This document shows, piece after piece, positions 25,895-39,747 of a DNA stretch of 64,000 bases. Source of the stretch: Antedon mediterranea (taxonomy: Eukaryota > Animalia > Echinodermata). Within the stretch, counting starts at the first letter, position 1. Each line of letters starts with the position of its first letter. A program made the position numbers and the translations under genes. Below the pieces are notes generated by a model. It made no database searches. It was not told where the DNA came from and saw only the letters and a list, made by a program, of their open reading frames with translations. Location: the NCBI RefSeq assembly GCF_964355755.1, contig NC_092672.1, forward strand, positions 16,120,001-16,184,000. Direction: 5' to 3'.

Positions 25895-26490
25895 ATTATA
25901 TAACACCTAAATAAATTCCTGTCATTTGATTGGACGATTGTGGGTAACATGGCCTGCAATAGTACGCACTATTAAACAATCGTTTAATAGTACTTTTTGA
26001 AACATTTTTGCCTACGAAAAAAAAAACGTTTCGCGTATGAAAAAAAATCTAGTATACAAATTACCACCCTAAATTTTAGAAATACTGTAATATGCGTTTA
26101 AGCCTTGCTAGGCCTAGGATTGTTTGGTCGTTTGTTGACATAATTAACACAAAAGTAGGTGTGTTTATAAAATCTATATAAATATAACATTTAATATAAA
26201 ATTATTAAAAACCAAATGTTACCGTTTTTCAATGTGATTGTGAATGAAATGTAGGCCTTGGCTAGGGCTAAGCCCTACCTTATTTGATTCAAATGACAGG
26301 AATTTATTTAGAAGTTATTTAAAACAAATAATGAATGTTTTGTGTTTGTGTAATGGTACAAATAATGGCATTTGGTGATTGATAAAAGGTTAAATATCAA
26401 CTCGGCGTTGCCTCGTTGATATATAACCTTTCATCATTCACCTCATGCCATTATTTGTACCATTACACCCATAAACATTCATTATTTGTA
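25895..26490. repeat. Palindrome-rich non-autonomous repeat (possibly Crypton-like)
   Basis: TAAATAAATTCCTGTCATTTGA at ~25910 is inverted at ~26290. A ~165-bp hairpin at 26325-26490 is centred on CTCGGCGTTGCCTCG. Related hairpin at 30648-30812. Confidence 0.45.
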
Positions 26491-27158
26491 CACTAGCTAT
26501 CAAAAGAGAACAATGCTATTGTTACGCTCGAGTAGGCATGCCTATCTACAGGCCTTGGCTAAGCCCAGAGTCTAGTGATTGTTGATATTAAATATTAATA
26601 AAATTGCTTCGTTTTCATTTTGTCACCGAGGAGTTTCTCTAGAAAACTTAATTTAAATCAATATATGTGGCAAATGCAAGCGAAATTTAGACAAATAAAT
26701 AAATAGATTTTAACATTTTGTGTGGTATGTTGGTTAAAAAGATGGTGTAAATGATGTATGATTTTCATAAAACCTATCATGTTTTATGTTTAAATTGAAA
26801 GTGTTCCAGTGGATTGATTTTAATGAAAATTTTGCATAATAATAGTGAATTAATGAAGGTGCGAAGTTTCATTGAAATAAAACAATTAGAATACCCTTTT
26901 GCTAAGGCGTAAACTGAAACGCCCTGTTTTTTTTATTTGTCATTTCCTGTTACGTTAAAAGCATTTTTCACAAAACACTGACAGTATTTTAAATCTTGGA
27001 TTATGCAGTTTCAGTATTTGTGAAAATCTCAATTTTGAAATTCCGACTTTTGTCTGCTTTCCCAAGCATGTGCCACATATTCTATGTTAAAAGGCACAAT
27101 AAAATAATAATTGTGGCCGTATAACGTTTTGTCGTATTTCATAGGTTTCATATACGGT

Positions 27159-27440
27159 GAAAGTAGGAAAAAAGCCACCACTGTTAAAAGCCACCAACAA
27201 TGGACTATACCATTTCAAAATGCAGTGGCATTTGGAAGAGGTAACATGAAAAGTGTAGGCATCCTTTGATTAGCTTTGATAATGTTTCTAAATAACACCT
27301 ACACCCAAATTGCTATTCACAATAACACAATTAAATAAAAATTGATTGTCCAGCACTCCCACTTTACAATGGTAAAGTCCATTGTTGGGTGGCTTTTTAC
27401 AATGGTGGCTTTATACAGGGGTGGCTTTTTTCCGATTTCC
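27159..27440. mobile_element. Small foldback MITE with AAAAGCCACC subterminal repeats
   Basis: Inverted GGAAAAAAGCCACC / GGTGGCTTTTTTCC; exact flanking duplication TATACGGT. Confidence 0.7.
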
Positions 27441-27734
27441 TATACGGTAGGCCTACTATATCTATATATAAATTATGGTTAATTCTGACATAGGCGAGCA
27501 CAATGCAAAAACTTCGGTACAAATCTCCGCCTTCGATACCTACCTTATCTATCCGAGATGTACCGCGAAACGTAGATTTGATAACATTAGTGTGCACGCC
27601 GACGCTATGTTCCATATTTATATCTTAGGAAGATATTATAAAGAGTTTTTTAACAACATTTATGATTTCAACATTAGATTTTCCTCTCAATTTCAATTCT
27701 TCCCGGTCAAAGTAATTTCCGGGTTTAAGATAAG

Positions 27735-28793
27735 TTCACCTTGCAACGACCTGGTTTCAAATATTTTCTCTCTTTTAAACACAAGGGAGCAGTTAAAATA
27801 ATAGATTTGACCCTAAAGGTGACTGGAAACAGGCACTTTCCATCAATCAATACAGTGTCCCTTTGGAAGACGAAAAAAAAATCAGATAGTAGGAGTCATA
27901 GCCATTTCAGTTTTTTGTTTATTTTAAAACATACCACGTGTGTGTGAAGGTACAGTAGTTAAATTATACTGCAAATTAATAAAGATCAAATTAAATATAC
28001 GTCATAAAGAATCAGAATATATTGTGGGGAATAGTATTATAAATTACATAGGGAGATTTGATGATAAGACATTTTTCGAGTGAAATCCCGATAGCTGAGT
28101 TTTATTGAGTAAGCTTGCAGGAATAACTGTAGGCTATCTTCCTGTGTCCCGTTAGGACCAAGATGTCTGCCCATGTTGCAAGCCGTAATGTCTTCTTTCT
28201 TGGGCCCACTCTGTTACGGCAGTTTCAAAAGATGATTAAATTAAATAATGTATTAATAATTATTAGGATGGTATTCATTTGAATAAACGCCTCTCCAATA
28301 AAACATCACTTTGAATAATAACAACCCCCCCCCCCCCCAACCCAACTATCCAATAAACGTCCATCCACATATTTATAATAACACAATTATACTATTTGTA
28401 GTAGAATTCACCGCACTGTTATCTACAAAATTTAACAAGCATTTGTTATTCTTTTTTACCACTTTTCATATCTACTGTATTAGAGGATTTCATTTGATTA
28501 TAAATGTTACCATATTATTAAAACTAAAAAATTTAACATATATCCCTCGAATAAGCACCTCCCTCAAATGACCTCCGCCTCCCCAAAGGGCCCTACCAAA
28601 CAATAAAAACTATACTTTAAAATGTTATTAATCATCTAAAACACTGTGAAACAAAGTAGTTTAGTTTTACGAATGTCAAGCATTTTCAATAATGGTAACC
28701 GACAGAAAATGTATAAGGAGAACATTATCATTCCGAGAACCATCGTCTACACTTCCTAGAGGGGGAGCGAGCGAAGCGAGCTCACCCTCTAGT
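27735..28793 (+). mobile_element. Helitron-like non-autonomous repeat (3' hairpin ending CTAG|T)
   Basis: Inverted ~1-kb copy at 44628-45673. Homology stops at the hairpin CTAGAGGGGGAGC..GCTCACCCTCTAGT. Confidence 0.6.
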
Positions 28794-29143
28794 AGTACTA
28801 AGCATGCTAGATAGAGATGAGTACGAACATGTGGTACTTTTAACATTTAACAATAATCACTAGACTCTGGGCCTTGCTAGCTAGGCTAAATAAAAATATC
28901 GGACGTAAATGCTGTATTTTTCAATCATTGTTCCCCTCCATTCATTGATAACAATGTTGTTTATAACACATATATATATATAGACGCATGACAAAACATT
29001 GCAGTTCGTAGAATTGCGATCAAAAACAATACCTCGTAGCTACGCATAGCCATGAAGTAGCCACAAAGCTAGAACGTGGGTTACGTTGCAGACATTTTTA
29101 GTTACTTTAGTTTAATACCATAATAACAAATCACACTACTCAC

Positions 29144-29211
29144 ATAGCAAAGAAGAAACTATCGGTCCTTGTACTGGGTCAGACATAAGTGCGTCTTTTT
29201 CATAATATTTA
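29144..29211 (-). CDS. SGSM1/2: SGSM1/2 exon (KYYEKDALMSDPVQGPIVSSLL)
   Basis: Matches SGSM KYYEKEALL.DPV.GPILASLL. Acceptor tttcag, donor gtgagt; 68 bp, phase 2 to 1. Confidence 0.92.
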
Positions 29212-29333
29212 CTGAAATAAATAAGGAATGAAATATTTAAAAACAAAATACTATTTTATTTCTGTTTGTTTATTCTGAAATAAAGCGATCAATCAATTAT
29301 AATAATATATTATGGAACAATGGTGATCTCTGG

Positions 29334-30415
29334 GGGTGTCACGAAAGCTCAGATCACGAAAGCTCAGACCCCCTAAGACCTAAGATCACGAAAGCTAAGA
29401 CCCAACACCTAAGATTACAAATACTAAGATATACTACAGCTTAAAAACAATACTTGTTTATCCATACATAATTTTAAACACAGTAGGTTTCATTTATTAC
29501 CATAAATATAATTTAATACTACCGCAAAACATAGATAAACTCACATTATTTTCGCCCGTTGAGTAAATGTATATTTTTTCTTTACAACAAACAAACTTGA
29601 CGGGTTGTTTGTTGGTATATATTTACTCCATTGTGTTGGTTCAGAGGATGTTTTTCTTACGCACCTGCCTTTCTTGTATTTTGACTCCAAATTTGTTGAC
29701 TAACTTTATCCTGAACACCACACATTAAAATTAGGACTTATAAGTACTTTCAGAAGGAGAAACACATAATAACAAATAAATAAATCCTTTAAATTGATGA
29801 TTTTACAGATGTGTTTCTTTGTATACTGTAATGTAACTGACCTCGAGCTCCCCATGCTCAATGTTTTTGTTTCTATGGAGCGCCAAAAGAGCAACAATAA
29901 TAGTACAAGTATAAAAACAGAAAGAAAACGAAACAAAAAAACTTATCATGATTTTTAAATTAAAATTTATTTGCCAGTATTTATTTCTTCGTACTTGCAT
30001 GATTATACTATTATCATTACAATTTTAATTTTACATTGTTCCATCCACACTGTAGATGGACTCCACAGAGTTTTCAGCCCTCTATATAATTTTTGCTCTT
30101 TTGACGTTCCATAGAAACAAAAACATTGAACATGGCCCATGGGGTAGGCCTACTGTACTGTAGGCTAGTCATTTTGTGTGCGAGAAAAACGTCTGTAAAA
30201 TCATCAATTTAAAAATGTATTTGTTACTTTTTATGTGATTCTTTTTCATGAAAGTGCCAATTCTAAGGTGTGGTATTCAGAATAAATGTTGGGAGTTAAA
30301 ATACAAGGCAGGTGCGAAAGATAAATATTTGTAATCTTAGGTGTTGGGTCTTAGCTTTCGTGATCTTAGGTCTTAGGGGGTCTGAGCTTTCGTGGTCTGA
30401 GCTTTCGTGACACCC
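29334..30415. mobile_element. MULE-like non-autonomous element (TIR GGGTGTCACGAAAG..., 10-bp TSD TGATCTCTGG)
   Basis: Long TIRs built from CACGAAAGCT.AGA modules; exact 10-bp TSD. Confidence 0.85.
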
Positions 30416-30950
30416 TGATCTCTGGCTGCAATTTTGCTCTATTCAATGACGATGACATTTTTAAATTACATGATATATTATATAAAACATCAAGAGAGAG
30501 TTGGCAGGTGTAAAATCCAGTAGATATCCTAACCTATCCTAGGTCTTTAAAATCTGAATCAAATGTAGTCTAGAAGGTAGGCTTAGACGAGGCCTAGCTT
30601 TCTTTCAATTTGAATGAATGACAAGAATCTTTTAGATATTATATAAAACAAATAATGAATGTTTTATAATCGTGCTATGGTACTAATAATTTCTTTCGCT
30701 GAAAGAAGGTTATATTCCACTCAGCTGTAGCCTCATGAAAATATAACCGTTCATCTTTCACATTTTGATCTTGAAATTATTTGATCACACTCATAAACAT
30801 TCATTATTTGTATAATATAACATGTATTTTAAAATCCTATAGATGCATCCTAATTATTTGCAAATAACATATAAAAATCTAATAAAGAAATATTGATTGA
30901 AAGATGACTTCTCATTATATAGTTTTATACTACAAATGTATTTAACTTAC

Positions 30951-31103
30951 GAGCAATTCTCACATAAGTATTCAACAATCTTGGCTAACTGTTTCTCAAA
31001 AAGTGCAATCCTTATCCACATGTATCGATGTTGCAATGCTGCTCGTCTTTCCTGAAGGTTATTTTTATCAAAAACTTCATCTGTAAAACTCAGGAACTTT
31101 TTA
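30951..31103 (-). CDS. SGSM1/2: SGSM1/2 exon, RUN domain (KKFLSFTDEVFDKNNLQERRAALQHRYMWIRIALFEKQLAKIVEYLCENCS)
   Basis: Translated by hand; not in the ORF track. Matches the W.R.AL.EK...IV.YL.EN.S motif. Acceptor tttttag, donor gtaagt; 153 bp, phase 2 to 2. Confidence 0.88.
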
Positions 31104-31269
31104 CTAAAAATTGGTTGAAAATATACATACTATATTATCATATATTTAAAAATAAAATCACTCTGAAACTGAAGCTTGCATTCCAAATCTGTCCATATAC
31201 TTTAAAAGAGTAATATTCATTCATTCTTGCAATGAACAAAATAAGAATAACACACAAGATGAAAAATTA

Positions 31270-33075
31270 GATTCAATTCGTCACTATGACGTTAAAAAGT
31301 TAAAAACAAAACTTTTTGCGTGATTTATGTTTTTTTATTTTAAACAATTTCTACTTAAAATTACGTCATACGAGCATTGGATAATTTGCGCACGTTTTTG
31401 ATGAAAAAGTTAAAAAATTGGTCAAAATTATGCCTTTTTTAAACACTTGTATAGTTTATAAACTATACAGTGGAAGTTATTTTTATTACATATTCTGGAA
31501 GTTGATGAGTTGTAGATATCAGATCATAAATTAATATAGCTAACAGGACACTGTGACGTCATTCTATGGCCACCCGAAAATAAAATATAGGATTTTTGTA
31601 TCTTTCATCAAAGCTCAAGACATTTAATAGAGCGCATCTCCATTTTCACCACGATTTTGATTTGTCTAGATCAATCAACTATCTTTCGCATGAGTTAAAA
31701 ATATTTTAATTTTTATGACGTCATCATGTCTAAAAATGTAAATGACGTGGGTCACTTATTTTCATCTTTACAGTAAATTTCAATCTATTATAGCTCGTTT
31801 GAATAAAAAGTGATAATCATGATTAAAACGTTTTCTGGAAGCTATTGGATTGTAGATACGAATTCATGTGAACATTTTGCCAATCAGATGTTGTGACATT
31901 ATCAAATAGCCAGTTGAATAAAAAAAGTCGTATTTTCATCTTTTGCGTCATAGTTCATCACAACAATATGTTGTTGCCGAGATAATTTCCTTACGAAATT
32001 GCTATCTTAGTGTTTTATTTTTATACCGTCGCCATAGGAATAAATGGCGGGTCCCGCAATTTCCCCTATTCTATACTGTATGTAATATGTTTACAGATTA
32101 TACTGTATATACTTTACTGTATATGACACAAAATTGACAGAATTCAGCACTAACAACATATCATATTCTTAAGTTCAGGTCATAATGCCATACTCTTTTT
32201 CTGTGTGCAATATTCCCGATTTTGATATTGTCTAGGTCAATCAACTATCTTTCTTTTTTTTTTTTTTATCTTATTCTTCTTTCCCAGAATTTTGTGTCAC
32301 CTGTATCTCAAATTCTTATCAGCGTTACACCGTATAACTGTAGAAGTGCAGGAAACTTCGTTTTATGACTTTATAGTCGCGCAGTGTAAGTTACGCGCAA
32401 TTTTATGAATTTCGCGTATTTAACTTACCGAGTAGATCGAAAACCATAAGACAATTTAAATTGAAACTTGGCAAAAGTGTAATTTATATTATGCGCTATA
32501 ACTTTCTATAAAAAAATTTTTCTATCAAAAAATTCCTCAAATTATGCCTTTTTTTAAACAGCCATAGATTCTAAACTACATGGTGAAGTTTATTTTTTAT
32601 TACTTATTCTGAAAGTAGATGAGTTCTAGATATCGAATCATACATCAATATGGCTAACTGGAATTGTGACGTCATCGAATGGCCACTCGAATATAAAATA
32701 TAGGATTTTTGTCTCTTTCGTCATAGCTCATCACATTCAATAGAGCGCATCTCTACTTATCTGTATTTCATTTCCCCCCATTTTTTTATATTGTCTACGT
32801 CAATCAATTATCTTTCACATGATTTAACATTTTAAGAATTTTTATGACGTCATTATGTGCAAAAGCGTCACTAACTTTGGTCACTTATTTTCACCTATTC
32901 TGCACTGTATGTAGTACGTATACAATATATAGTGTTATACTGTATAAACTTGGAGGTGACACAAAATAGAGAGCACACTAACATTTTTTCAATAGCATAA
33001 TTTTTCTGTGCGCAATATTCTAACGTATGACGTGCACGTGGCGTTGCACTGTGGATAACCTAACTCGTCCTAGTT
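31270..33075. repeat. Same TGACGTCA-module family, with internal tandem duplications
   Basis: 31420-31770 is similar to 32535-32900; inverted homology to 20020-21440. Confidence 0.5.
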
Positions 33076-33774
33076 TTTGTTATTTTGGTCCAAGAAAATG
33101 TTAGTTTGTTTGATTATCGAAAAAAAAAAAAAATTAATATGCAATTAATGATGATGTAATCAACTTTTTTTCCCTATTAATTTGAAAATAATAAATCATA
33201 CCATGATTTATAAAAAGAAATTCATTCACAACGATTTATATTCATTTTAAACATTATTATTATTTCATAACCTACGCTCACGCTAAGGTAAAATTTTATT
33301 TCGCAAAATTTGCCAAAGGTCGCCAATTTTTTTTCTTGCAAAATTGAAAATTCTTTAGCAAATTTTAAAAACCATGAAAATGGATACATTTTTTGGTAGA
33401 TACATCAAATAAATATATAGGTTGTTGTCTTGTATTGTTTTATCTTTATTCATTCAAAATTTGTGATTAAAATACAAATAAAACATGACCACATTAAAAT
33501 ATGTTAAGTATATCTACTGCAGCCTCACCGGCCTGAAACGATACCAGTCGCCACGGCCATAGCCTATAGGAGGCCTATTCAATGGTTGACTATGCCACAG
33601 TCGAGTCATATATGATCGGCGTCACCTTTATCAATTATCAGCATATGCAGCCTGCCTAGATAAAGTTTTTTATCACAAACAAATATAAGATAATAAATAG
33701 TTTCGTTTGTGTTTTATATGCTTCTTATTCACTTGCGAAAACATCGTAACACACACCACAAACGAATTACGACG

Positions 33775-35810
33775 TCAGAATTTCAGCAAAGAGACAAACT
33801 AAAATTGAAAGCCAAAAGAACAAAGGACAGTAAAGATTTTGATGCATATCGTTCTTTACGAAATAGAGTCACGCTTATGTGTAGAAATGCTAAAGCCTTG
33901 TATTATAAGACACACATTGATAACAACAAAGGTAACACTAGAAATATCTGGAAAGGTCTCAGAGAACTTCTTCCTTCTAAATCTACTAATATTCAACCCT
34001 CCTTCCTTCTTGAAATTACTGACTCTAAAACTATTGGGAAGCGAATTCCTTTAACTCTTTCTTTGTAAATATAACTACCCAGATCCCTTCTCAAGCTAAC
34101 TTCCATGATCCCTTATCCTTCTTACCCAATGCCCTTTTAATTTCTCTTTTACAAATATAAGTAATGATTTTGTTCTTAACGAACTTTAAATCCTAACCAA
34201 GTCTTGTGGTCTTGACAATATTAACGGTAAACTTTTAAAAACAGCAGCCCCAATTATATCTTCTCATCTATCTTTTATTTTCAACCTATCACTGAACTCT
34301 GGTATTTTTTCATTTCTTTGGAAACACTCTAATGTTTTTAAATCCTGCAAAAAAAACCTACTAAACAATTATCGACTAATCTCTATTCTCCCTATATATC
34401 CTAAAATTATTGAAAAAGCTGTCTCTTCACAACTGTATTCTTACCTTAATGAAAATAATCTTATTTGCTCTTCTCAATCTGGTTTCAGACCTAAACATTC
34501 TACGCTTACTGCAATACCTATGACAAATGGCTTAATATAATGCAACTAACCAAAGAAAACTCATTGGCTCCATCTTCATAGATCTTAGAAAAGCCTTCGA
34601 CACAGTTAACCATAACATTCTTCTCTCCAAACTTCCCCTCTATGGCTTCTCTTCTCTTGCTTCTACCTGGTTTAAATCTTACTCAACATCACGTAATCAG
34701 CAAGTGCTATGGCAACACACTCTCTGACATTAGTTCTGTTTATACAGGAGTCCCGCAAGGCTCCATTCTTGGACCTCTCTTATTCTCCTTATATATTAAT
34801 GATCTTCCCTCTGCTCTTTCTAATCTAGATTGTAACATACACACTGACATGTATGCCGATGACACTATTATATATTACAGTAACACATCTTTACCCCTCA
34901 TCGAGCAAAAACTAAATATGACTCTTTCACTTAATATTCAAAAAACAATCAGCTCAGTCACATCTTACAAACACCTTGGAATTATAATTGATAACACTCT
35001 TACATGGAAATCGCACACTTCTCCTTTATGTAAAAAACTCAACTCAACTAACTTTCTTCTTGCACGCACCTCTAAATTTGTCAACCAGTCGACATGTCTT
35101 CTCCTCTATAATGCTTTATTTCTTTCCCGCTTTGATTGCTGCTGCTCAGTCTGGGGTTCTAACTCTAATACTAACCTCTCTAGTAAACTACAAAAAATCC
35201 AAAATAGAGCTTTAGACTAGCCCATACCATTCCTCTTCAGAAAAGACTCCACTACCAACTTGGTGGTCTTACTTTCAAAACCCTAAATCTTCTTGCTCCT
35301 TCTGGCTTATGCCATCTCCTCACTAAAATTATTGCCAATGGGAGGATTACTACTCTTCAAATCTCAAAAGGAAATCTTCACATTCCTAAACCCTCTCTTG
35401 AAATTTTCAAACAGCTACAAGGCTTTATTTCTACAATGATCTTCCTCTATCTATCCGCAATTCCTATCCTTTTCCTCTTTCAAAACTAGACTTATGACTT
35501 TTCTCAAAACTATGTAATCCTTTTCCAGAATTTAAATTGCAAAATAGTAGATCTAAATTTTTATTATATATATTATATACTTTTGCTTAATTTAACATTT
35601 CATGTTATTTTCTATATTTCACATTTCCTTATGCAGATTTTTAGTCTTATGTAATACATTTATTTTTTGGTTTTTGTTTTTCTTTTACTTTTCTGTTTTT
35701 GTTGTATTTTGTATATTGTATCTGTTCTGAGGGTCGCAAATGTTCAGCAAATGCTGGATAGATCACCCTCATTAAATATGGTTAAAATAAAAAAAGAAAT
35801 AAATAAATAG
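33775..35810 (+). mobile_element. 5'-truncated, degraded L2/Crack/CR1-group LINE
   Basis: QSGFRPKHST, DLRKAFDTVNH, GVPQGSILGPLLFSLYINDL and MYADDT motifs with frameshifts; A-rich AATAA tail at ~35790. Confidence 0.85.
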
Positions 35811-36279
35811 AATGTCCATGCAGCATGTTTGTTATTGCGCGATATTTTCATCTATACACATGCGCAGTTTGTTTGTTTGTTCGTAATTAGAATTACTGCG
35901 CATGTCTATTCATAAAATAAATTCTTCTTAGTTGGGCGTGTGTACATTTACAGATAAGTGATTTACAACTACTCGCCTGTACAATTAATAAGCCTCCTAA
36001 CGGAAAACATGTTTTAATTTATTCGAGTGACGTGAAAAAAACGTGTTAATGGCAAACATGATTTTAGTAGACATTTTTCATTACGCAATATAAAAAGCTT
36101 ATTACAGCGATTCCTGACCATAAGGAATATAGGAAAATAGATTAAATTAAATAAGATAATTGACGGATAAAATAACACTGAGGAAACAATAAATAAATTA
36201 ATAAATATTGTGACAAAATCAATAAGGTTATATAGCATGATAATGCATATAACCTAAATAGTTGGGAAGCCAGAAAGGG

Positions 36280-37110
36280 TTTACCTGCACCCTCTTAGCA
36301 AACTATGTTAACAACATTTTTAGCTTCCTTTGATAAATACAAAGCAATTTTTTGCTGTTGGGCAAAAACAAATTGGATCCTTGGTCAGTACAGGGGCTAA
36401 AATGTCAATGTGGTCACAGTTAAGACTTGGGGTAACTTGGTAACTACTGGGTGTATTGGAATATTTTTGGTGACAAACTACTCAGAAGACCCATATTTCT
36501 ATTCACTCTAATGGCCAACTTTTGCTAAAAGTGGATGGAAACCCTTTTCTGACCACTAGGTCAAGAAATTGGCCATATGAATATCTTGGCAACCACTGAT
36601 CAGAAAGTGATAATTGTGGTCTCCGATTACTCTCAAAGTATATGTTTATATTTGTTCTAATGTAATAAAAATTATAAAACTGTCAATAAACCCCTAATTT
36701 TGACCTTAACATATAGCCGGTATACTTTTCATACCTGAGAAATTGTTGGCCGGATAAGGTGTCAAAAATACTCAGAAGATACATATTCCTATTCACTCTA
36801 ATGGACAACTTTTGCCAAAAATTACAGTGATTGGTCAAGAAAATGGCCATATCAATATCTCAGCAACCACTAGTCGTAATAATTTTAGTCTCAAATTACT
36901 CGCAAAGTATATATTTGTTTTAATATTATACATGTTATTTTGACATTTAACCAATAGCTGGTACAAACATTTTTGCGTGGAGGACATTCACATTTTTAAT
37001 AACTAGCGAATATTGTCTTGGTTAATATTATACCAAATTAAATTGGTATTGATATCACTCTAATGAACAATTGAGACTCCATAACCACTGATCAAGAAAA
37101 TGGCCATACA
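36280..37110. repeat. Dispersed repeat with an inverted partner at 38880-39490
   Basis: TGCACCCTCTTAGCAAA..., ATTCACTCTAATGGACAACTTTT and GTCTCAAATTACTCGCAAAGTATAT occur reverse-complemented at 38880-39490. Confidence 0.6.
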
Positions 37111-37389
37111 AATATTTAGCGAATTAACAAAAGAAAACCCTTTATTTTTCAGTTTTTATTATATCTCAGTGACTGTCATGTGAGTATGGTATATACTATG
37201 GATACGATCGATCGGAAGTCCTCAGTAGATACATAATTCTATTTATTCTAAATAATGTAATACAGTGTTATGTTGTTGTACTGACTTCTAATGAAGACTC
37301 TTGCTCGCTTAACTGTAGTAACACATTGTTTATTCAATAATATGAAAATATAAAACGAAATGCACAAATAAAGAAGAAAAGAAGAGCTA

Positions 37390-37735
37390 AGCACAATTAA
37401 AGAAGTCTGCAACAAAATCAAAAGCTCCTCGCACAATTAAAGAAGTCCGCAACAAATTTGAAAGTACCTCGCACAATTAAAGTACAGTAGTCCGCAACCA
37501 ATTCGAAAGTACCTCGCAAAATTAAATTACAGTAGTCCGCAACAAATTCAGAAGTTCATCGCACAATATTAAGAAGTTCGCAACAAATTCAATTCCTCAC
37601 CGCAAACTTATGGAACGCCTCCTCTGCCTTCAGTTCACATTTATCATGCAGTACACACCAATCGTCATGCAGTACACACCAATTGTCATGCAGTACACAC
37701 CAATCGTCATGCAGTACACACCAATCGTCATGTAA
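37390..37735. repeat. Two short tandem arrays (GCACAATTAAAG..CGCAACAAA ~40 bp; CATGCAGTACACACCAATCGT 21 bp x4)
   Basis: Direct tandem copies visible. Confidence 0.8.
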
Positions 37736-38231
37736 TGAAATATTGTGTAATTTATACCGCCACCTATCGACAAAATCGAATATCACGTGACGTTTATTAG
37801 ACGGCTGTAAAAAAGGCCATCGACTTTTCTTTATCTTTTATGGAATTCAATAATATTTATAATAATAATAACTGTATACTGTAAAGAAAGATTGTGTTAA
37901 TCCATACGACCAGTAGTTACGGAGATACATACATTCCCTGGGTTGTGGGTCAAAGGTCAGAAATGGAATTTCCGGTCATTTTTGACTAAAATTTCCCATT
38001 AGACTGAATATATACCTTCTGATCAATTTAAGACCATTACCTTACTGTGACCAGTGGTTGTGTGTTTGGTCTTATAACCTTTCACCCTGACCTTTTTACA
38101 TTTCACCAAATTTTCAAAATGAGTAACCAAGCCAAAAATTATTGTTTGACCACCCTAAACCAATTTCTGAAGTCAAATTCTCTGAACCTCAAAGTGCATA
38201 CGAAAGCTGATCTAGCTACTAGAGTACAAAG

Positions 38232-38770
38232 GCTTCCAAATTCAGCAGCTCTTGGAACGAGAACTGGACACACTGTCGTATTCATGTGGAACTTGTTTTC
38301 AAGACATCCTCTGGGAGAGGACGATTCTATTGTTTTTGTCAATGACAAAATGACATGTGCCCTGCCTATCGAAGCAGCTTATTACATAACATTCACAGAC
38401 CCCCTGTGCTTTTATTGTGGAACTGAGCACAATTTATCAATTGAGAACATGAATTATCCACTTTGTAGTGAATGCAAGGAATCAGGCAAAACACCCAAAA
38501 GGAAAAACACTAGAGCATTTGTGCCACAGTAGGCTAATAATATCCAGAAGTTTGATATAAAGTCAAAGTGTACAAAAAGGACTTTTATTGTGACCCCCTG
38601 ATAAAATAAAAAAAAAAGGTGTATTTTAATATTTGCTGTTCTGTATACTTATGTTTGTTTAGAAATCTTACAGTACTTACCATATTTATTTGAATTGTCA
38701 GGAAGGGTGTATGCGAGGGGTGGGAGTGATTTTTATTCATAGCGGCATGTTTATTCAAGAAAATACGGTA
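38232..38770 (+). mobile_element. 3' remnant of a DNA transposon encoding a Cys-rich C-terminus
   Basis: YSCG..(frameshift)..TCALPIEAAYY..LCFYCG..YPLCSECKESGK, stop at 38532. Terminus GAAAATACGG|TA resembles CCGTATTTTC-type TIRs. Confidence 0.45.
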
Positions 38771-39575
38771 GTGAGTCGCCATCTTGGAAAAATAAAAAAT
38801 AAAAAGAGCCTCTTCCTTCCTTTTTTTAGAAAACCAGGACGATCAACTGTTGTTTTTTTTTACATGGCCTTATTGATTTCTAGTAATTTGAGACCAAAAC
38901 TATAACTTTGTGACCTGGTTGCTAAATATTCGTACAGCAATTTTCTTGACCAGTGGTCATATTTCTTTTGGCACTTATATTTGATATTAGGCAATTAAGA
39001 CAATATTCGCTAGTTATTAAAAATGTAAATGACGTGCTCCACATAAAAATGTTTGTACCAGCTATGTTAAATGTCAAAATAAGGTATTTTTTAACATTTT
39101 GTGTATTTCTATTGTATTAGAGCAAATATAAATATATACTTTGCGAGTAATTTGAGACTAAAATTAAAACTGTCTGACTAAGTGGTGGCTGAGATAATGA
39201 TATGGCTATTTTCTTGACCAATGGTTTTACTGTCATTTTTGGGAAAAGTTGTCCATTAGAGTGAATAGAAATTGGGTCTTCTGAGTAGTTTTTCACAAAA
39301 AAATATTCCAATACCCCCAGTAGTTAGCAATTTAGGCAAAGTCTTAACTTTAACCATATTGACCTTTTGGCCCCTGTACTGACCAAGCATCCCAAATTTT
39401 GTTCGGCCAACAGCAAAAAATTGATTTGTATTGATATAATGAAGCAAAAAAACGTTAACATATTTTGCTAGAGGGTGCACGTAAATCCTTTCTTGCTCCC
39501 TAACTAAAAAAGATGATCCTTGACAATCAAAATTGTTATTCCCCAAGTTAATGAAATGCAAAATGCTGTTCTTAC

Positions 39576-39747
39576 TTGTTATTATTAACTTCCATTCTAG
39601 CTTCAATGTCTAACACTTTCTGGGCCACAATAGAAGCAGGAGCAAAGTTTTTGGCCACAGATTTAAGTAAAGTGTAGCTAGTATTGCCTTTAAACAGGCC
39701 TACAGCTCTGCGCTTTAATCCATGTGAAAGACAAGACTCTACTGCCG
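39576..39747 (-). CDS. SGSM1/2: SGSM1/2 exon, RUN domain (AVESCLSHGLKRRAVGLFK...IEARMEVNNN)
   Basis: Similar to SGSM AVEACLLH.LRRRAAGFL. Acceptor ttttacag, donor gtaag; 172 bp, phase 1 to 2, in frame with neighbours. Confidence 0.9.

Noticed and set aside
31051-31080. Alternative acceptors at 31051 and 31080 for the RUN exon
   Set aside because: Out of phase with the upstream phase-2 donor; only 31103 keeps the frame.
37285-37312. Possible micro-exon (KRARVFIR, RUN-like motif)
   Set aside because: Splicing from the phase-2 donor gives an immediate stop, and the gene is already in frame without it.
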